DNA from: Oligoflexia bacterium
GTDB lineage: Bacteria; Bdellovibrionota; UBA1018; CAIMNF01
Length of the DNA stretch: 64,000 nucleotides
Direction of reading: 5' to 3'
NCBI GenBank assembly: GCA_903845155.1
Contig: CAIMWN010000266.1
Span: 3,517-67,516 of the forward strand
The notes under the pieces: model-generated
The model's input: the letters and a program-made list of their open reading frames with translations, nothing else
The model's database searches: none
What the model was told of the DNA's origin: nothing
Position numbers and translations under genes: made by a program
Shown: positions 18,522-28,383 of the stretch, piece by piece
How the letters are laid out: every line of letters begins with the position of its first letter
Numbering within the stretch: position 1 is the stretch's first letter

Positions 18522-19798
18522 AATCCATTCTTGGTTTTATTCTAATCATCACGCTGAATTTTATAAGCGCTCAAGCGTCCATCATGGAAGGGCAATTATC
18601 ATCTCCATCCGATATCGATGAATTGCTGAAAGATAAAGCGCCCATCACGGCGGAGTTTGGATTTGAGTACCTTCATCCCGATTTTGCACCGATCAATAAT
18701 GTGGTTGTTGAAAACCCTCAGACTTCCACGGTATCCACTCCCCAGTACGGTAATGTGGTCAATACTTACCCCGATGTATTTGCGCAAACAATCAAAGCCC
18801 AGCTGTTGCTGGATTCAAAGCGTAAATGGACGGTAACGGTAAAGACTTTTCTTCCATTGAATTCTCTCGCCCAACTCGATTCTGGCAATACGTATCAACC
18901 AGAGTTCGTTCTTTATCGTGCGGAGATGCAACGCCCGCGTCTTTCGTTGCTTTCAGGTATTAATTTAACGGATGATTGGCGAGTGGGATTGGGTGCTGCT
19001 ATCGGTTTTTCAATTGAAACTCAAGCGACTGTTTTCCTGCAATCAGGAACGGGTCGTTACTCTGATCAACGAATTGCGGCCAAGCTAAAACCGGTAATCG
19101 CACCCGTGGGGAGTGTGGCTTTTAAAGATTATACCTTCACGGTGAAAGCAGAAAATAAGTCGACGTTTGATTTGAGTACAAACGCGGGTGCACGCGTGTT
19201 TGGATCGGTGGGCGCAGGTGTGAACTTTGCATATGCAACTGAGAGCACTGCCTATTTTGAACCTTGGTCATTTGAATTGAATGGTAAAAATAGACTCTCA
19301 GATTCCTGGAATGTACTTTGGGGCCTGTCGTATGAATTGTGGAGCCGCTATCAGGCCCGGGCAGCAGTGATTCAAAGCACAGTTCCTACCAGTTGCCCGG
19401 ATAATGCGGGTACTTGTACTCCGGTATTCAATGCGGGACTCACTCCGGCATTTCAAGGCAGGGATCTGTGGGTTCCAGAACTCGGATTTGAGCGTCTTTT
19501 TGGGGATATTCGCATCCAATTGAGCTATCGCTATAAAGATAGTATTTTTAAAGATGTACCGACTCTCAATGGCAACTATCTCGATCCTCCACGACACGAT
19601 TTCAAATACACTGCCATCATTCCGACGATTTCAGGTCTGCTTTGGAATTTCTCAATTCAGGTTTCTCGCCTCGTTCCTCAAACTGTGATAAAATCTAATT
19701 CAGGTGAGATCGGCGCAACCCCAGATGGGAGTGGCTACGTGGCTTCAGGTTGGCTTTATGGTGGGGGCTTGAGTTTGACTATTCCGCTGAAACAGTAA
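18503..19798 (+). CDS. Outer-membrane beta-barrel protein, possibly FadL-like
   Basis: Signal peptide, alternating hydrophobic strands, LNGNYLDPPRH and terminal strand GGGLSLTIPL; family assignment tentative. Confidence 0.45.
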   Translation: METKLLKSILGFILIITLNFISAQASIMEGQLSSPSDIDELLKDKAPITAEFGFEYLHPDFAPINNVVVENPQTSTVSTPQYGNVVNTYPDVFAQTIKAQLLLDSKRKWTVTVKTFLPLNSLAQLDSGNTYQPEFVLYRAEMQRPRLSLLSGINLTDDWRVGLGAAIGFSIETQATVFLQSGTGRYSDQRIAAKLKPVIAPVGSVAFKDYTFTVKAENKSTFDLSTNAGARVFGSVGAGVNFAYATESTAYFEPWSFELNGKNRLSDSWNVLWGLSYELWSRYQARAAVIQSTVPTSCPDNAGTCTPVFNAGLTPAFQGRDLWVPELGFERLFGDIRIQLSYRYKDSIFKDVPTLNGNYLDPPRHDFKYTAIIPTISGLLWNFSIQVSRLVPQTVIKSNSGEIGATPDGSGYVASGWLYGGGLSLTIPLKQ

Positions 19799-19839
19799 CT
19801 TAAGCTGAAGGCGCCTAAAAAAGGGGCAAGGATAAGAAC

Positions 19840-20469
19840 ATGGCGACACAAAAACTAAAGTCGATGATTAAAGATCACTTCCTCTCCGGCATGTTGATCC
19901 TCGCTCCCATCTTGATTGTGGCGATTGTTTTTCAATTTATTTTTGGTGGAGTTTTCAGGTGGATTGATGATGTTCCACTGCGCATGATTTTTGGTGATGA
20001 ACGAACCGGTTTTGCGGAACTGGTAAAACTACTGCTGATGTTTGGGCTCGTGTTGGGCGGGATTTTGATTGTTTCGATTATCGGCTTATTTTCTAGACTC
20101 TATCTCGGAATCAAGCTGATTCAATGGATGAGAGAGTTGATTGAGAAAATTCCATTTTTTGGTTCGATCTATAGTTCAGTTGATCAACTGATGAAGGCCG
20201 TTTCTTCGAGTGGTGGAAAACAATTTAATCGAGTGGTGTTTATTGAATATCCAAGGAAAGAAGTATGGGCTGTGGCTTTTGTTACGGGCAAAGCAAGTCT
20301 GAAGGGAATTCCTGCAGGTTACTTAAGTGTTTACATTCCCACTGTACCCAATCCAACGTCAGGTTTTCACTTGATGGTAAAAGAGGCAGATGTGGTAGAG
20401 AGTGGTTTGAAGGTGGACGAGGCTTTTAAATTAATTTTAAGTTTGGGAGTCGCCTTACCTCATGAGTGA
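19840..20469 (+). CDS. DUF502 family membrane protein
   Basis: IPFFGSIYSSVDQL, FNRVVFIEYPR, YIPTVPNPTSGF. Confidence 0.92.
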   Translation: MATQKLKSMIKDHFLSGMLILAPILIVAIVFQFIFGGVFRWIDDVPLRMIFGDERTGFAELVKLLLMFGLVLGGILIVSIIGLFSRLYLGIKLIQWMRELIEKIPFFGSIYSSVDQLMKAVSSSGGKQFNRVVFIEYPRKEVWAVAFVTGKASLKGIPAGYLSVYIPTVPNPTSGFHLMVKEADVVESGLKVDEAFKLILSLGVALPHE

Positions 20470-20965
20470 AAAGGATACCGAGAAGAAGCTCATTGCTTCT
20501 AATCCCACCGCAAAAGCGAATTACTTTTTAGACGAGTTGATTGAAGCGGGTATTGCCCTTCAGGGTACTGAAATTAAAAGTATTCGAAATTCTGCCCCTA
20601 ATTTAAAAGACGCCTTTGTCGAAATTACGAACAGAAAACGTGGTGGACAGCGTTCGAGCTCACTTGAGGCCTGGTTACTCAACATGCATGTGGGGCCATA
20701 TTCGCATGGTAATATCTGGAACCACGAGGCTCGCCGAAGAAGAAAACTCTTGCTCCATGCCCATCAAATTCGCCAAATGTTCGGTGCTCTCACTCAAGAA
20801 GGCAAAACCATCATTCCGACACGCCTCTATTTTGTAAACGGTAAGGTGAAGGTGGAGATTGCGATTGGTAAGGGCAAGAAAAAGGGCGATAAGCGCGCTG
20901 ATCAAAAGAAACGTACGCAGGATCGCGAAATTGATCAGGCAATGAAGAAGTATCAAAAGCGTTAA
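20462..20965 (+). CDS. smpB: SsrA-binding protein SmpB
   Basis: EAGIALQGTEIKSIR, R.RKLLLH, basic C-terminal tail. Confidence 0.96.
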   Translation: MSEKDTEKKLIASNPTAKANYFLDELIEAGIALQGTEIKSIRNSAPNLKDAFVEITNRKRGGQRSSSLEAWLLNMHVGPYSHGNIWNHEARRRRKLLLHAHQIRQMFGALTQEGKTIIPTRLYFVNGKVKVEIAIGKGKKKGDKRADQKKRTQDREIDQAMKKYQKR

Positions 20966-21135
20966 TTGCTGCGACCTTTTGGAAAGAATTCTCATGAGTT
21001 TGTAGACTGCACGCTTTATGTTGCGATGCGACACTGATCTGTCGCGGTGTTCGTTGTGCCACCTGGCATCGATTTGGCATGACTTCGGTGCCAAACTGCT
21101 TGCAGACAAAATAACTTTCGTTTTAGGGTGACTTT

Positions 21136-21966
21136 ATGTCCAACCCTGAATCATCAGAAGCACTCAAGTTTCTCAGACAACGCTATTTAGAAAAACTAAA
21201 AGCGAATCCAAAATATTCTCTTACTGCCTATGCTCGCGACTTAGGACTTTCACCTTCATTTGTATCAAGGCTCATGACAGGAAAAAGACCCATCACCATG
21301 CAGCTTGCAACACAAATTGCCACGATTTGTGGAATGTCAGCGAGTGAAACAGCAAGATGGGTATCAGAAATTATTTTGAACGCACCCAAAAATGCGAAGA
21401 TTTCAACCAAGGTCCGAAACAGCATTCTTAAAAACAAAAACATTGCTCTCGTAAAAAATTATGATGTCGAAAGGTTCAGCACCATTAGTCACTGGTATCA
21501 TCTTGCTATTTTAAATCTGACCATGACCAAAGGGTTTCGTGCGAATGTTTCGTGGATTAGCAAGCGACTTTCTATTACAACCGTAGAGGCGCAGGATGCA
21601 CTTTCAAGATTACTCGCCCTGGGTTTACTCAAAAAAGAAGGTAAAACGCTGATTTGTACTGATCAAAGTTTCTTTGTCGCTACTAAAAAATCAAACTTGG
21701 GTGTTCGTGAGTTTCACAAGCAAATGAGCATCAAAGCTCAAGAAATATTAAATGACCAAGCGGCGGGAGCCTTTGAAAAACGCTACATAGCTGGAGTCAC
21801 GATGGCCCTCAATCAAAAGCAAATCTCGCACCTTCAACAAAGACTGAAGGAAATTCAACTCGAGATCATTCAGTTCGCAAAAAACCGGGATGATTCAGCA
21901 GAAGAAGTTTATCAACTAAATTTACAATTGTTTCCCCTTACTAAAACCAAAAACAAAACGGAGTAA
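21136..21966 (+). CDS. TIGR02147/DUF4423-family XRE HTH protein
   Basis: NPKYSLTAYARDLGLSPSFVSRLM.GKR HTH; ISHWYHLAIL, WISKRL.I, REFHKQM, EVYQLNLQLFPLT. Confidence 0.85.
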   Translation: MSNPESSEALKFLRQRYLEKLKANPKYSLTAYARDLGLSPSFVSRLMTGKRPITMQLATQIATICGMSASETARWVSEIILNAPKNAKISTKVRNSILKNKNIALVKNYDVERFSTISHWYHLAILNLTMTKGFRANVSWISKRLSITTVEAQDALSRLLALGLLKKEGKTLICTDQSFFVATKKSNLGVREFHKQMSIKAQEILNDQAAGAFEKRYIAGVTMALNQKQISHLQQRLKEIQLEIIQFAKNRDDSAEEVYQLNLQLFPLTKTKNKTE

Positions 21967-21968
21967 CC

Positions 21969-22988
21969 ATGAAAACCAGACTAGTCGTATTTTTAATGTC
22001 CCTTCAACTTCTTTCACCCCAGCTTACCTTTGCTCAACAAGGCGTGGGAGGCGGCGGGGATGCCGAAACTGAAGGAAAAATAGATCGAATCAGAAGCGAT
22101 ATCCTTCAGTGGATTATTCGCGGAGACGCGAAGGATCTTGTCTTGAAGCGTGACCTCACCTTTAATGACTATGCTTCTGGCAACAGCTTAAAAGGATTCA
22201 CTGGTATGACTACCTTGCTTCAGCCTCAGTTTGTGGTAGTGACCGCTATCACTGAAAAAGAACAAGTAATGACTGATGATGAGCTCAATACATGGGTTTC
22301 GGGCCAACCTAAAACGTGTAAAGGGTTTCAATCGAAAAAGGATCATCGCCTTCATATTCTTTGCAATGTAGATCGTTTTAGAGAAATGTCAGAGGCTGAT
22401 AAAATTCGTCAAATCCATCATGAATATGCTTCACTTGGTAAACTTGAGGACAACTTAGGAGCTGCTTCGGACTACTCAATTTCAAATCAACTTACTGACT
22501 ATCTGCACTCTGAAACGATCATTCGTTTGGGTGTGAAATTAAATGGAAATACAGGCACTATCGTTAGTTCCATTCCCATTTCAAACTATTCAAATGGTGC
22601 TGCTTTCAATACCGCTGATTTAGGTGAGGCTAACCTTTGGGTAAATAATTTTGCTCAAAAAATAGAGCAAGCAATTCATAAGAGTGGACTTAGCTTAGAT
22701 GATGTTTCCATTACCACTAACGCAAGCCTTGTTCCTCATAGGAGCTATCATGGTGCAGCCACTGGCTATGGGCACTGGGTATATTGGAATACCTCTGCAG
22801 CATCTGTGGTGGTTTCAATTAAAAACCCAGATCTCACTCTCCAAAAAACTATTTTTACGGTGAAGAATATGAATTGCGAACAAGCTTCAATCGCGGTCAG
22901 AAAATTAGTCCCGATGTTACTTGCTGTGGATGCATGCGACGGAGACTTCAGTCTACTTACTTTAACGGTGATTAATGTAATCAGATAA
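21969..22988 (+). CDS. Secreted hypothetical protein (GGGG N-terminal motif, HHEY motif)
   Basis: GGAG RBS, signal peptide TFA-QQGVGGGGDA; IHHEYASLGKLEDN..SDYSISNQL. Confidence 0.75.
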   Translation: MKTRLVVFLMSLQLLSPQLTFAQQGVGGGGDAETEGKIDRIRSDILQWIIRGDAKDLVLKRDLTFNDYASGNSLKGFTGMTTLLQPQFVVVTAITEKEQVMTDDELNTWVSGQPKTCKGFQSKKDHRLHILCNVDRFREMSEADKIRQIHHEYASLGKLEDNLGAASDYSISNQLTDYLHSETIIRLGVKLNGNTGTIVSSIPISNYSNGAAFNTADLGEANLWVNNFAQKIEQAIHKSGLSLDDVSITTNASLVPHRSYHGAATGYGHWVYWNTSAASVVVSIKNPDLTLQKTIFTVKNMNCEQASIAVRKLVPMLLAVDACDGDFSLLTLTVINVIR

Positions 22989-23002
22989 GAGACTTGATTT
23001 AG

Positions 23003-23038
23003 AAAAAAGCCCGATCATTCAATTGATTGGGCTTTTTT
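23003..23038 (+). terminator. Intrinsic (bidirectional) terminator
   Basis: AAAAAAGCCCGATCA-ttcaat-TGATTGGGCTTTTTT. Confidence 0.85.
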
Positions 23039-23275
23039 CGTTTGGGTGAATCATAGAGGTATATTTCGCCGATTTTTAATGGACTTCAGGTCGGGGCGAC
23101 ATTCGTAACGCACTAAGTTACGCCCCTTTCCTGTAATTTGCTTGCGTGGGGTTACTGAAAACATTAAAAAGAAGTTCAATCCACTATTATACCGACCGCT
23201 CTTGCATTCTCTCTGATAGACAAGTGGCGTCCCGCGCGATAGACATATCTATACAAAATTTTTTAAGGAGACCTC

Positions 23276-23497
23276 ATGGCACGCGTTACGATTGAAGACT
23301 GTTTAGGCAATGTTGAAAATATGTATGAACTCATTCACTTGGCGACTCGCCGTTCACGTCAAATCTTCAAAGGTTCTGATGTGTTTGTGAAATGTAAGAA
23401 TCGTACGATCGTGACTGCTCTTCGCGAAATTGCTGCCGGTAAAGTAAGACCACTTTATAAAGGTGCCGACGAAGCTCCACTCCCAGGCGAACTCTAA
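23276..23497 (+). CDS. rpoZ: RNA polymerase omega subunit
   Basis: MARVTIEDCL..VEN.YELIHLA.RRSRQI...ALREIAAG; AAGGAG RBS. Confidence 0.97.
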   Translation: MARVTIEDCLGNVENMYELIHLATRRSRQIFKGSDVFVKCKNRTIVTALREIAAGKVRPLYKGADEAPLPGEL

Positions 23498-24779
23498 GAT
23501 TCAGCAATTGAATTGCAAGGCTGCGGTTTTATCTTTTTTTGTTTTAAGTGCTCCTTTTCTTTTAGTCTCTAGCGCAAATGCTTATCTGCAGTATGCGCCC
23601 AATGATCACGTCGCTGAAGAAGTGAGCGAACATCCTTTTCGCATTTTGCCTCACTCGGATCATTACGCATTCGCGATTGACTCTGATTTTTTCAAACCTA
23701 TTTTTACCGGCGGCGATAATTCCAATTATTATCGCTACGATTATTACCATGGCAACGGTTATTGGATGAGTATCAGGGCAGAGTTTAAGCCCGTGAGCAA
23801 AGCCACCATTAATTTAAAATTGAATCTTACTCATGGTTCTTCCAGCAATGGACCCACTTATCTTGCGGAAGTGATTCCCATGGCGGGCTTCACGTATGAA
23901 GAGAGTTTGCTCGGCTTTGATATCACCACTCGTTTAAGCGATATCGGACGTCAAACGGTGGGGATTGGTTTGTTTATTGAAGATAAAGAGACGGATGGCG
24001 GGTACATCATGTTTAAAAGAGATGAATTCGTCGGAAAAGTCATGGTGGATGGAACTGGAAGTTACCGACTTGATGGTGGCGTGATTGCAACCGATGTTTC
24101 GTTTTGGAAAGGTCTAGTGGGCGGAGTATTGTTTGTCCAAGAAACCGAAACTCCCTTTCATCCTCCCGCACTGATGGCAACCCTCTATTCCAAACATGAA
24201 TGGCCGTCGGGGATTGGGTATGGCGCCGAAATGGGCATCGATATTAATTCTTGGGCAGGGATGGCTTTTGTAAAATATGAAGATACTTGGAACCATTTCC
24301 ATTTTTGGCTTAAGCCTCAGGCGAGATACTACGGTCCACGGATTTTAGGTGATCTACCCGGTAAGGTATCTCAAAATTACATCTCGTATGATCAAAACGA
24401 TAAACCGTTCACCAACATCATGGATATTTTCCCTTTTGGTGACAATGTCGTAACCCTGAGTTCCCAATTAAATGCTGAATACGTTTTTAATTCTTTTTAT
24501 CGAATCTATGCAGAAACGGAAGCAGTTAATTATCAATACAAGGGCAAAGGGAAAATTCAGGAGTTGTTCTATCGTTCTGGCATAAAGTTTTTCCCGTTTA
24601 AGAGCCGAGAAGATAACTTTGGATTCCTGGTTGGAAATAAATACTTAATCGCTTCAACTGCCGTTTCGCCCGATTCAAGCTCGCGAACGTATTCGCTTCC
24701 CAATATGGTCGATTTTGAGAATAAGCCCTTATTCATGAACCAGTTGTATTTTATGATTAATTTCCAGTCGAAATTTTAA
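23463..24779 (+). CDS. Putative outer-membrane beta-barrel protein
   Basis: Signal peptide ending ANA, aromatic-rich amphipathic strands, C-terminal YFMINFQSKF; start uncertain (possibly TTG 23508). Confidence 0.6.
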   Translation: MPTKLHSQANSKIQQLNCKAAVLSFFVLSAPFLLVSSANAYLQYAPNDHVAEEVSEHPFRILPHSDHYAFAIDSDFFKPIFTGGDNSNYYRYDYYHGNGYWMSIRAEFKPVSKATINLKLNLTHGSSSNGPTYLAEVIPMAGFTYEESLLGFDITTRLSDIGRQTVGIGLFIEDKETDGGYIMFKRDEFVGKVMVDGTGSYRLDGGVIATDVSFWKGLVGGVLFVQETETPFHPPALMATLYSKHEWPSGIGYGAEMGIDINSWAGMAFVKYEDTWNHFHFWLKPQARYYGPRILGDLPGKVSQNYISYDQNDKPFTNIMDIFPFGDNVVTLSSQLNAEYVFNSFYRIYAETEAVNYQYKGKGKIQELFYRSGIKFFPFKSREDNFGFLVGNKYLIASTAVSPDSSSRTYSLPNMVDFENKPLFMNQLYFMINFQSKF

Positions 24780-24800
24780 ATAGCACGTCAGGAGTACTTT

Positions 24801-25024
24801 ATGTGGAACTCGCTTTTTCATCCTTCGATTTCATTTATAGAACTCATCATTCGTGTCTTAGGTTAGTCCTTCTCAGTTATCTGATTGCGGTACTGAGCTA
24901 TCGTTTCGTGCCACGGGGAGATGCAGAAATTTAACTTGAAGTGGAGTTGGCCATTTTAGATTCAGACGGTTCGTTAAGTGTGATTACGTTGGGAAGTGCG
25001 GCGCCGAGCGGCTCATCTCATTAA
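24801..25024 (+). pseudogene. Collapsed DUF421/YetF-family remnant
   Basis: AGGAG RBS plus MWNSLFHPSISFIELIIRV*; frame-shifted fragments LVLLSYLIAVLSYRF, HGEMQKFNLK and EVELAILDSDGSLSVI in DUF421 order. Confidence 0.65.
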
Positions 25025-25836
25025 GAGGGCGTGCGCATGCGCTTGCTTCTTCTGGTTGCAGCGAGCACTGCCTTAATGAGTGTGACTCGCAGTTTTCCTT
25101 CTTCGAGAGCCATCAGTCCATCAATCGTGCAGCCTGCAGGAGTGGTCACTTCATCTTTAAGAGATGCAGGATGCTCGCCTCGTTCTAAAACCATCTTGGC
25201 AGCACCCATCATTGTTTGCGCAACCAGTAGCGTAGCCTGCTTTCTTGATATGCCCACTTTTACTCCAGCTTCGCTCAGTGCTTCAATGATTAAATAAATA
25301 TAGGCAGGTCCACAAGCGCTTAAGCCGGTTACGCCATCAAAGAGGGTTTCCTCAAGTAAGGTGACGAGGCCCATCTCTCCGAAAATGTTTTCTACCTCTT
25401 TAATGTGTGCTTCGCTGCTCCTGGGGCCTTTGCAAATTGCTGTGACGCCACTTTTGATTAAGCAAGGAGTGTTGGGCATGGCTCGTACGATGGCCGGCTT
25501 GTGGCCACTCCATTCTGAAAGCTGTTCCGTGCTGATGGCCGCGCAAATAGAAACGAGAAGTTGATCTGTTCGAAAAGAGTCCTTGCACGCTTTTAAAATA
25601 CTCTCCACCTGATGTGGTTTTACGGAGAGCAAAATGAGATCGGCATTTTTAATGGCACTGATATTGTCGGTCGTGCAGGGAATCTGAAGTTCATTTCGCA
25701 CTTCAGTAGCCGAAGCTTCGGTGCGAGTGGTCCCCGAAAGAGAATATTGAGATTTTAAAGCTGACTGAGTGAGTCCTTGAACGATGGCATCGCCCATTTT
25801 ACCCATCCCGATGATGGCGATTTTTTTAACTTTCAT
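25021..25836 (-). CDS. proC: Pyrroline-5-carboxylate reductase
   Basis: IIGMGKMG, LSVKP, VRAMPNTP, TGLSACGPAY, HPASLKDEVTTPAGCTI. Confidence 0.97.
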   Translation of the reverse strand: MKVKKIAIIGMGKMGDAIVQGLTQSALKSQYSLSGTTRTEASATEVRNELQIPCTTDNISAIKNADLILLSVKPHQVESILKACKDSFRTDQLLVSICAAISTEQLSEWSGHKPAIVRAMPNTPCLIKSGVTAICKGPRSSEAHIKEVENIFGEMGLVTLLEETLFDGVTGLSACGPAYIYLIIEALSEAGVKVGISRKQATLLVAQTMMGAAKMVLERGEHPASLKDEVTTPAGCTIDGLMALEEGKLRVTLIKAVLAATRRSKRMRTPS

Positions 25837-26185
25837 CAGTTAAGAATAGACGAATTTTCATCGTGTTAAAACCGCATTTGTGTAAAAGCATTACTCTGCG
25901 TCGTCAGGTGGCCAAAAAGGTGCAATAAAGAGGCATTTTTATGGCAAAGTCTTACGGTGAATCTTAAAGTGTCTAAATGATGACGCCTAAAAGTTGAAGG
26001 AATCGAGGAGTGTGCTTGGTTTCCCCATTAAATTTTCTTAATCTTGAAACGATTTTGAAACACCCAGTGGTTGAGTGCTCCTTGCTCGGCTTGTAAATAC
26101 TCAGTATTTTGTAAGGAATATTTTGCTCTGGTTGAATGTTGCTCACTCAATGATTTTGATTGTTAACATTCTTACACAATCATTA

Positions 26186-26214
26186 TTGACAAAAATAACC
26201 GCCAAGCGTAGTTT
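26186..26214 (+). promoter_or_regulatory. sigma70-type promoter
   Basis: TTGACA-N17-TAGTTT, followed by AAAGGAG RBS and ATG 26240. Confidence 0.6.
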
Positions 26215-26239
26215 CTGGCAAAACAAAGGAGTCTCTCAA

Positions 26240-27793
26240 ATGAAAAAATATGGAAAATTAATGTCAGTAGTTACTACTGCAATGTTTGCGGTGGCATTAG
26301 TCGCTGCGGACGCACACGCACAACGTGGAAGATCGAACGCTGTAAGTTCGCACTCAACGCCAACTTATCATGCACCGGCACAAACTTATCACGCGCCAGC
26401 GCAGCGTGCGGCACCAGTACAGCGTGCAGCACCAGTACAGCACACACAAGCACCAGTTCGCCAACAACCAGCAAGCAATCAGGTAAAAGGTCCTTCAACT
26501 GTTGCTCATCAGCAAAGTACTGCGACTGCAAATCAACACAGTCAACAAGCTACTAAGCCTGCACAACAAAGACCTGCTCAGCAACAACCGGTTAAGCCAG
26601 CTCAGCAAAATAGAACTGCTCAGCAAGGCAGCAAGCCTTCTCAGCAACCTATCCATCACCAAACTGTAACTAACAAACCAAACGGTTCAGTTACTACTCA
26701 AGTGAGACATGGTAATACCATCAAGGCTACTACCGTTACTCCTACAGGAAGAACGAATACAGCTACCTTTAAAGTTGTGAAAGATGCGAATGGTAAAGAA
26801 CGCCAAATTCAAACTGGAGTAGTTCGCCAAAGCAAAAGTGGAAGAGTTACCTCAGAGCAGAAGTTTACTACCGATGCACGCGGCAATAGAACTGGTTATT
26901 CAGTTTCTCGCGGTGGAAAAACAGTATACTCAGTTGAAAATAAACGTTCAGGCGGCATCCGTGTGAGTTCAACTCGCACGTACGTACGTAACAACGTTAC
27001 GATCGTTCGTAATTATAGTTACCGCTCTTACAGCTACGGAAGATACAACTATAGTTACTACCACCCACGTTGGGATAATGGTTACGGCTACTACGGCCGT
27101 TCTTGGTATAACTACTGGTACAATCCTTGGACTAGCCCCTTCACTTATGCTTGGGGTTGGAACGCTTGGGGATATACTCCAGGTTGGGATATTTACTACC
27201 GTGGCTACTACCGCCCATACGACAGCTACAACAGCTTGTCTCTGTGGATGGTGGATTACACCCTTTCTTCTCTCTTAGCAGATTCTTATGCTGCCAGTGC
27301 TGCAGAAGTTGCTGATGCAAACGCAAGAACAGCAGAAGCCAATGCTCAAGCTGCTGAAGCAAATGCTCAAGCCGCTGAATCAGCTCGTATCAGTGAAGAA
27401 GATAAAGCTCAAATCAATCTTCAAGTTCAAGAAATCTTGAAAGCGCGTGCGAACGAAGACGAAAGTCAACGTGCGGTTCCAATGGAGCAAGTACTCTCTA
27501 AACCAGAGCACATCTACATTGTTTCTGAAGACACGACTGCAACTGATGCAAATAAAGTAACTTGTACTCTTTCATCAGGCGACTTACTTACTGCAATTGT
27601 TGGAACCGATGGTGTAGCAACAGTTACTGTGAAGACAGCACAAAGCGATGACTGTGCGGCAGGAACAGTAGTTCAGCTTTCAGCTCAACAATTGATTGAT
27701 TTCGAAAATGATTTCAATACTCGTGTTGATGAAGGAAATGAAAAAGCGAACAAAGATCCAGCGATTCAAAAATTGATTAACCCTAATCAATAA
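26240..27793 (+). CDS. Secreted low-complexity protein (Gln/Pro/Ala-rich, then Tyr/Trp/Gly-rich, acidic C-domain)
   Basis: AAAGGAG RBS; signal peptide AHA-Q; internal repeats; own promoter and terminator. Confidence 0.8.
   Translation: MKKYGKLMSVVTTAMFAVALVAADAHAQRGRSNAVSSHSTPTYHAPAQTYHAPAQRAAPVQRAAPVQHTQAPVRQQPASNQVKGPSTVAHQQSTATANQHSQQATKPAQQRPAQQQPVKPAQQNRTAQQGSKPSQQPIHHQTVTNKPNGSVTTQVRHGNTIKATTVTPTGRTNTATFKVVKDANGKERQIQTGVVRQSKSGRVTSEQKFTTDARGNRTGYSVSRGGKTVYSVENKRSGGIRVSSTRTYVRNNVTIVRNYSYRSYSYGRYNYSYYHPRWDNGYGYYGRSWYNYWYNPWTSPFTYAWGWNAWGYTPGWDIYYRGYYRPYDSYNSLSLWMVDYTLSSLLADSYAASAAEVADANARTAEANAQAAEANAQAAESARISEEDKAQINLQVQEILKARANEDESQRAVPMEQVLSKPEHIYIVSEDTTATDANKVTCTLSSGDLLTAIVGTDGVATVTVKTAQSDDCAAGTVVQLSAQQLIDFENDFNTRVDEGNEKANKDPAIQKLINPNQ
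26363..26440 (+). repeat. In-frame tandem repeats (TYHAPAQ x2, RAAPVQ x2)
   Basis: 21-nt and 18-nt near-identical units read directly from the sequence. Confidence 0.8.
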
Positions 27794-27824
27794 TAGTCTT
27801 TTGGATTACTAAAATTTACATGAC

Positions 27825-27860
27825 GGGGCGATGGACGATGTTCATCGCCCCTTTATTTTT
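27825..27860 (+). terminator. Intrinsic terminator between convergent genes
   Basis: GGGGCGATGGAC-gat-GTTCATCGCCCC followed by TTTATTTTT. Confidence 0.85.
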
Positions 27861-28383
27861 TTAAATCAATAATGATTCGAGCGGGTGAAGTAAGTTCAAA
27901 TACTTCCACCTTCACCGGCACTTCAGTTTTAATGGTCCAAAGCCAACGGTCTTCAACCACAGATGGCACGAATTCAACTTCAGAAACGCTTCGAGTTTTA
28001 CGAGCAGCCTGAATCACGCTTTGAGAAGAAAAATCAATTTTAGGTAAACCATAGAGAGTGACATTAATTTCTTTGGTCACTCGATTCACGCTCACTAAAT
28101 AAAAGGGAGGTCTTGCGAGTTCACTTTTTTCACCTTGGTCGTTACCGGTCAAATCAATTACAATACGATCGTAGCCCGCTGGATTTGGTGCCATGCGGAT
28201 ATTGGTAATATGAAAATCGGAACTCAGGCGGTCGCCACCGGTAAATGCCCCTTCAGTAATATAGACATCTTTTTTCACTTTCAGTGCTTGTCTGAATCCC
28301 TCGGCGTCGAAAGAGGGATTGGCCAGAGTGGTGATTGGAAAGGATAAAGCTAAACCAAGTAACGCGAAAAGTGCTTTTTTCAT
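27853..28383 (-). CDS. AMIN-like domain secreted protein
   Basis: Signal peptide; IR......YDRIVIDL and VFELTSPARIIIDL. Confidence 0.7.
   Translation of the reverse strand: MKKALFALLGLALSFPITTLANPSFDAEGFRQALKVKKDVYITEGAFTGGDRLSSDFHITNIRMAPNPAGYDRIVIDLTGNDQGEKSELARPPFYLVSVNRVTKEINVTLYGLPKIDFSSQSVIQAARKTRSVSEVEFVPSVVEDRWLWTIKTEVPVKVEVFELTSPARIIIDLKK

Noticed and set aside
20966..21135. tmRNA (ssrA) expected next to smpB
   Set aside because: The gap is only about 170 nt and has no GGGG 5' end, T-arm/CCA end or tag reading frame.
26075..26239. 55-aa N-terminal extension of the secreted protein
   Set aside because: The promoter, RBS and signal peptide all point to ATG 26240.
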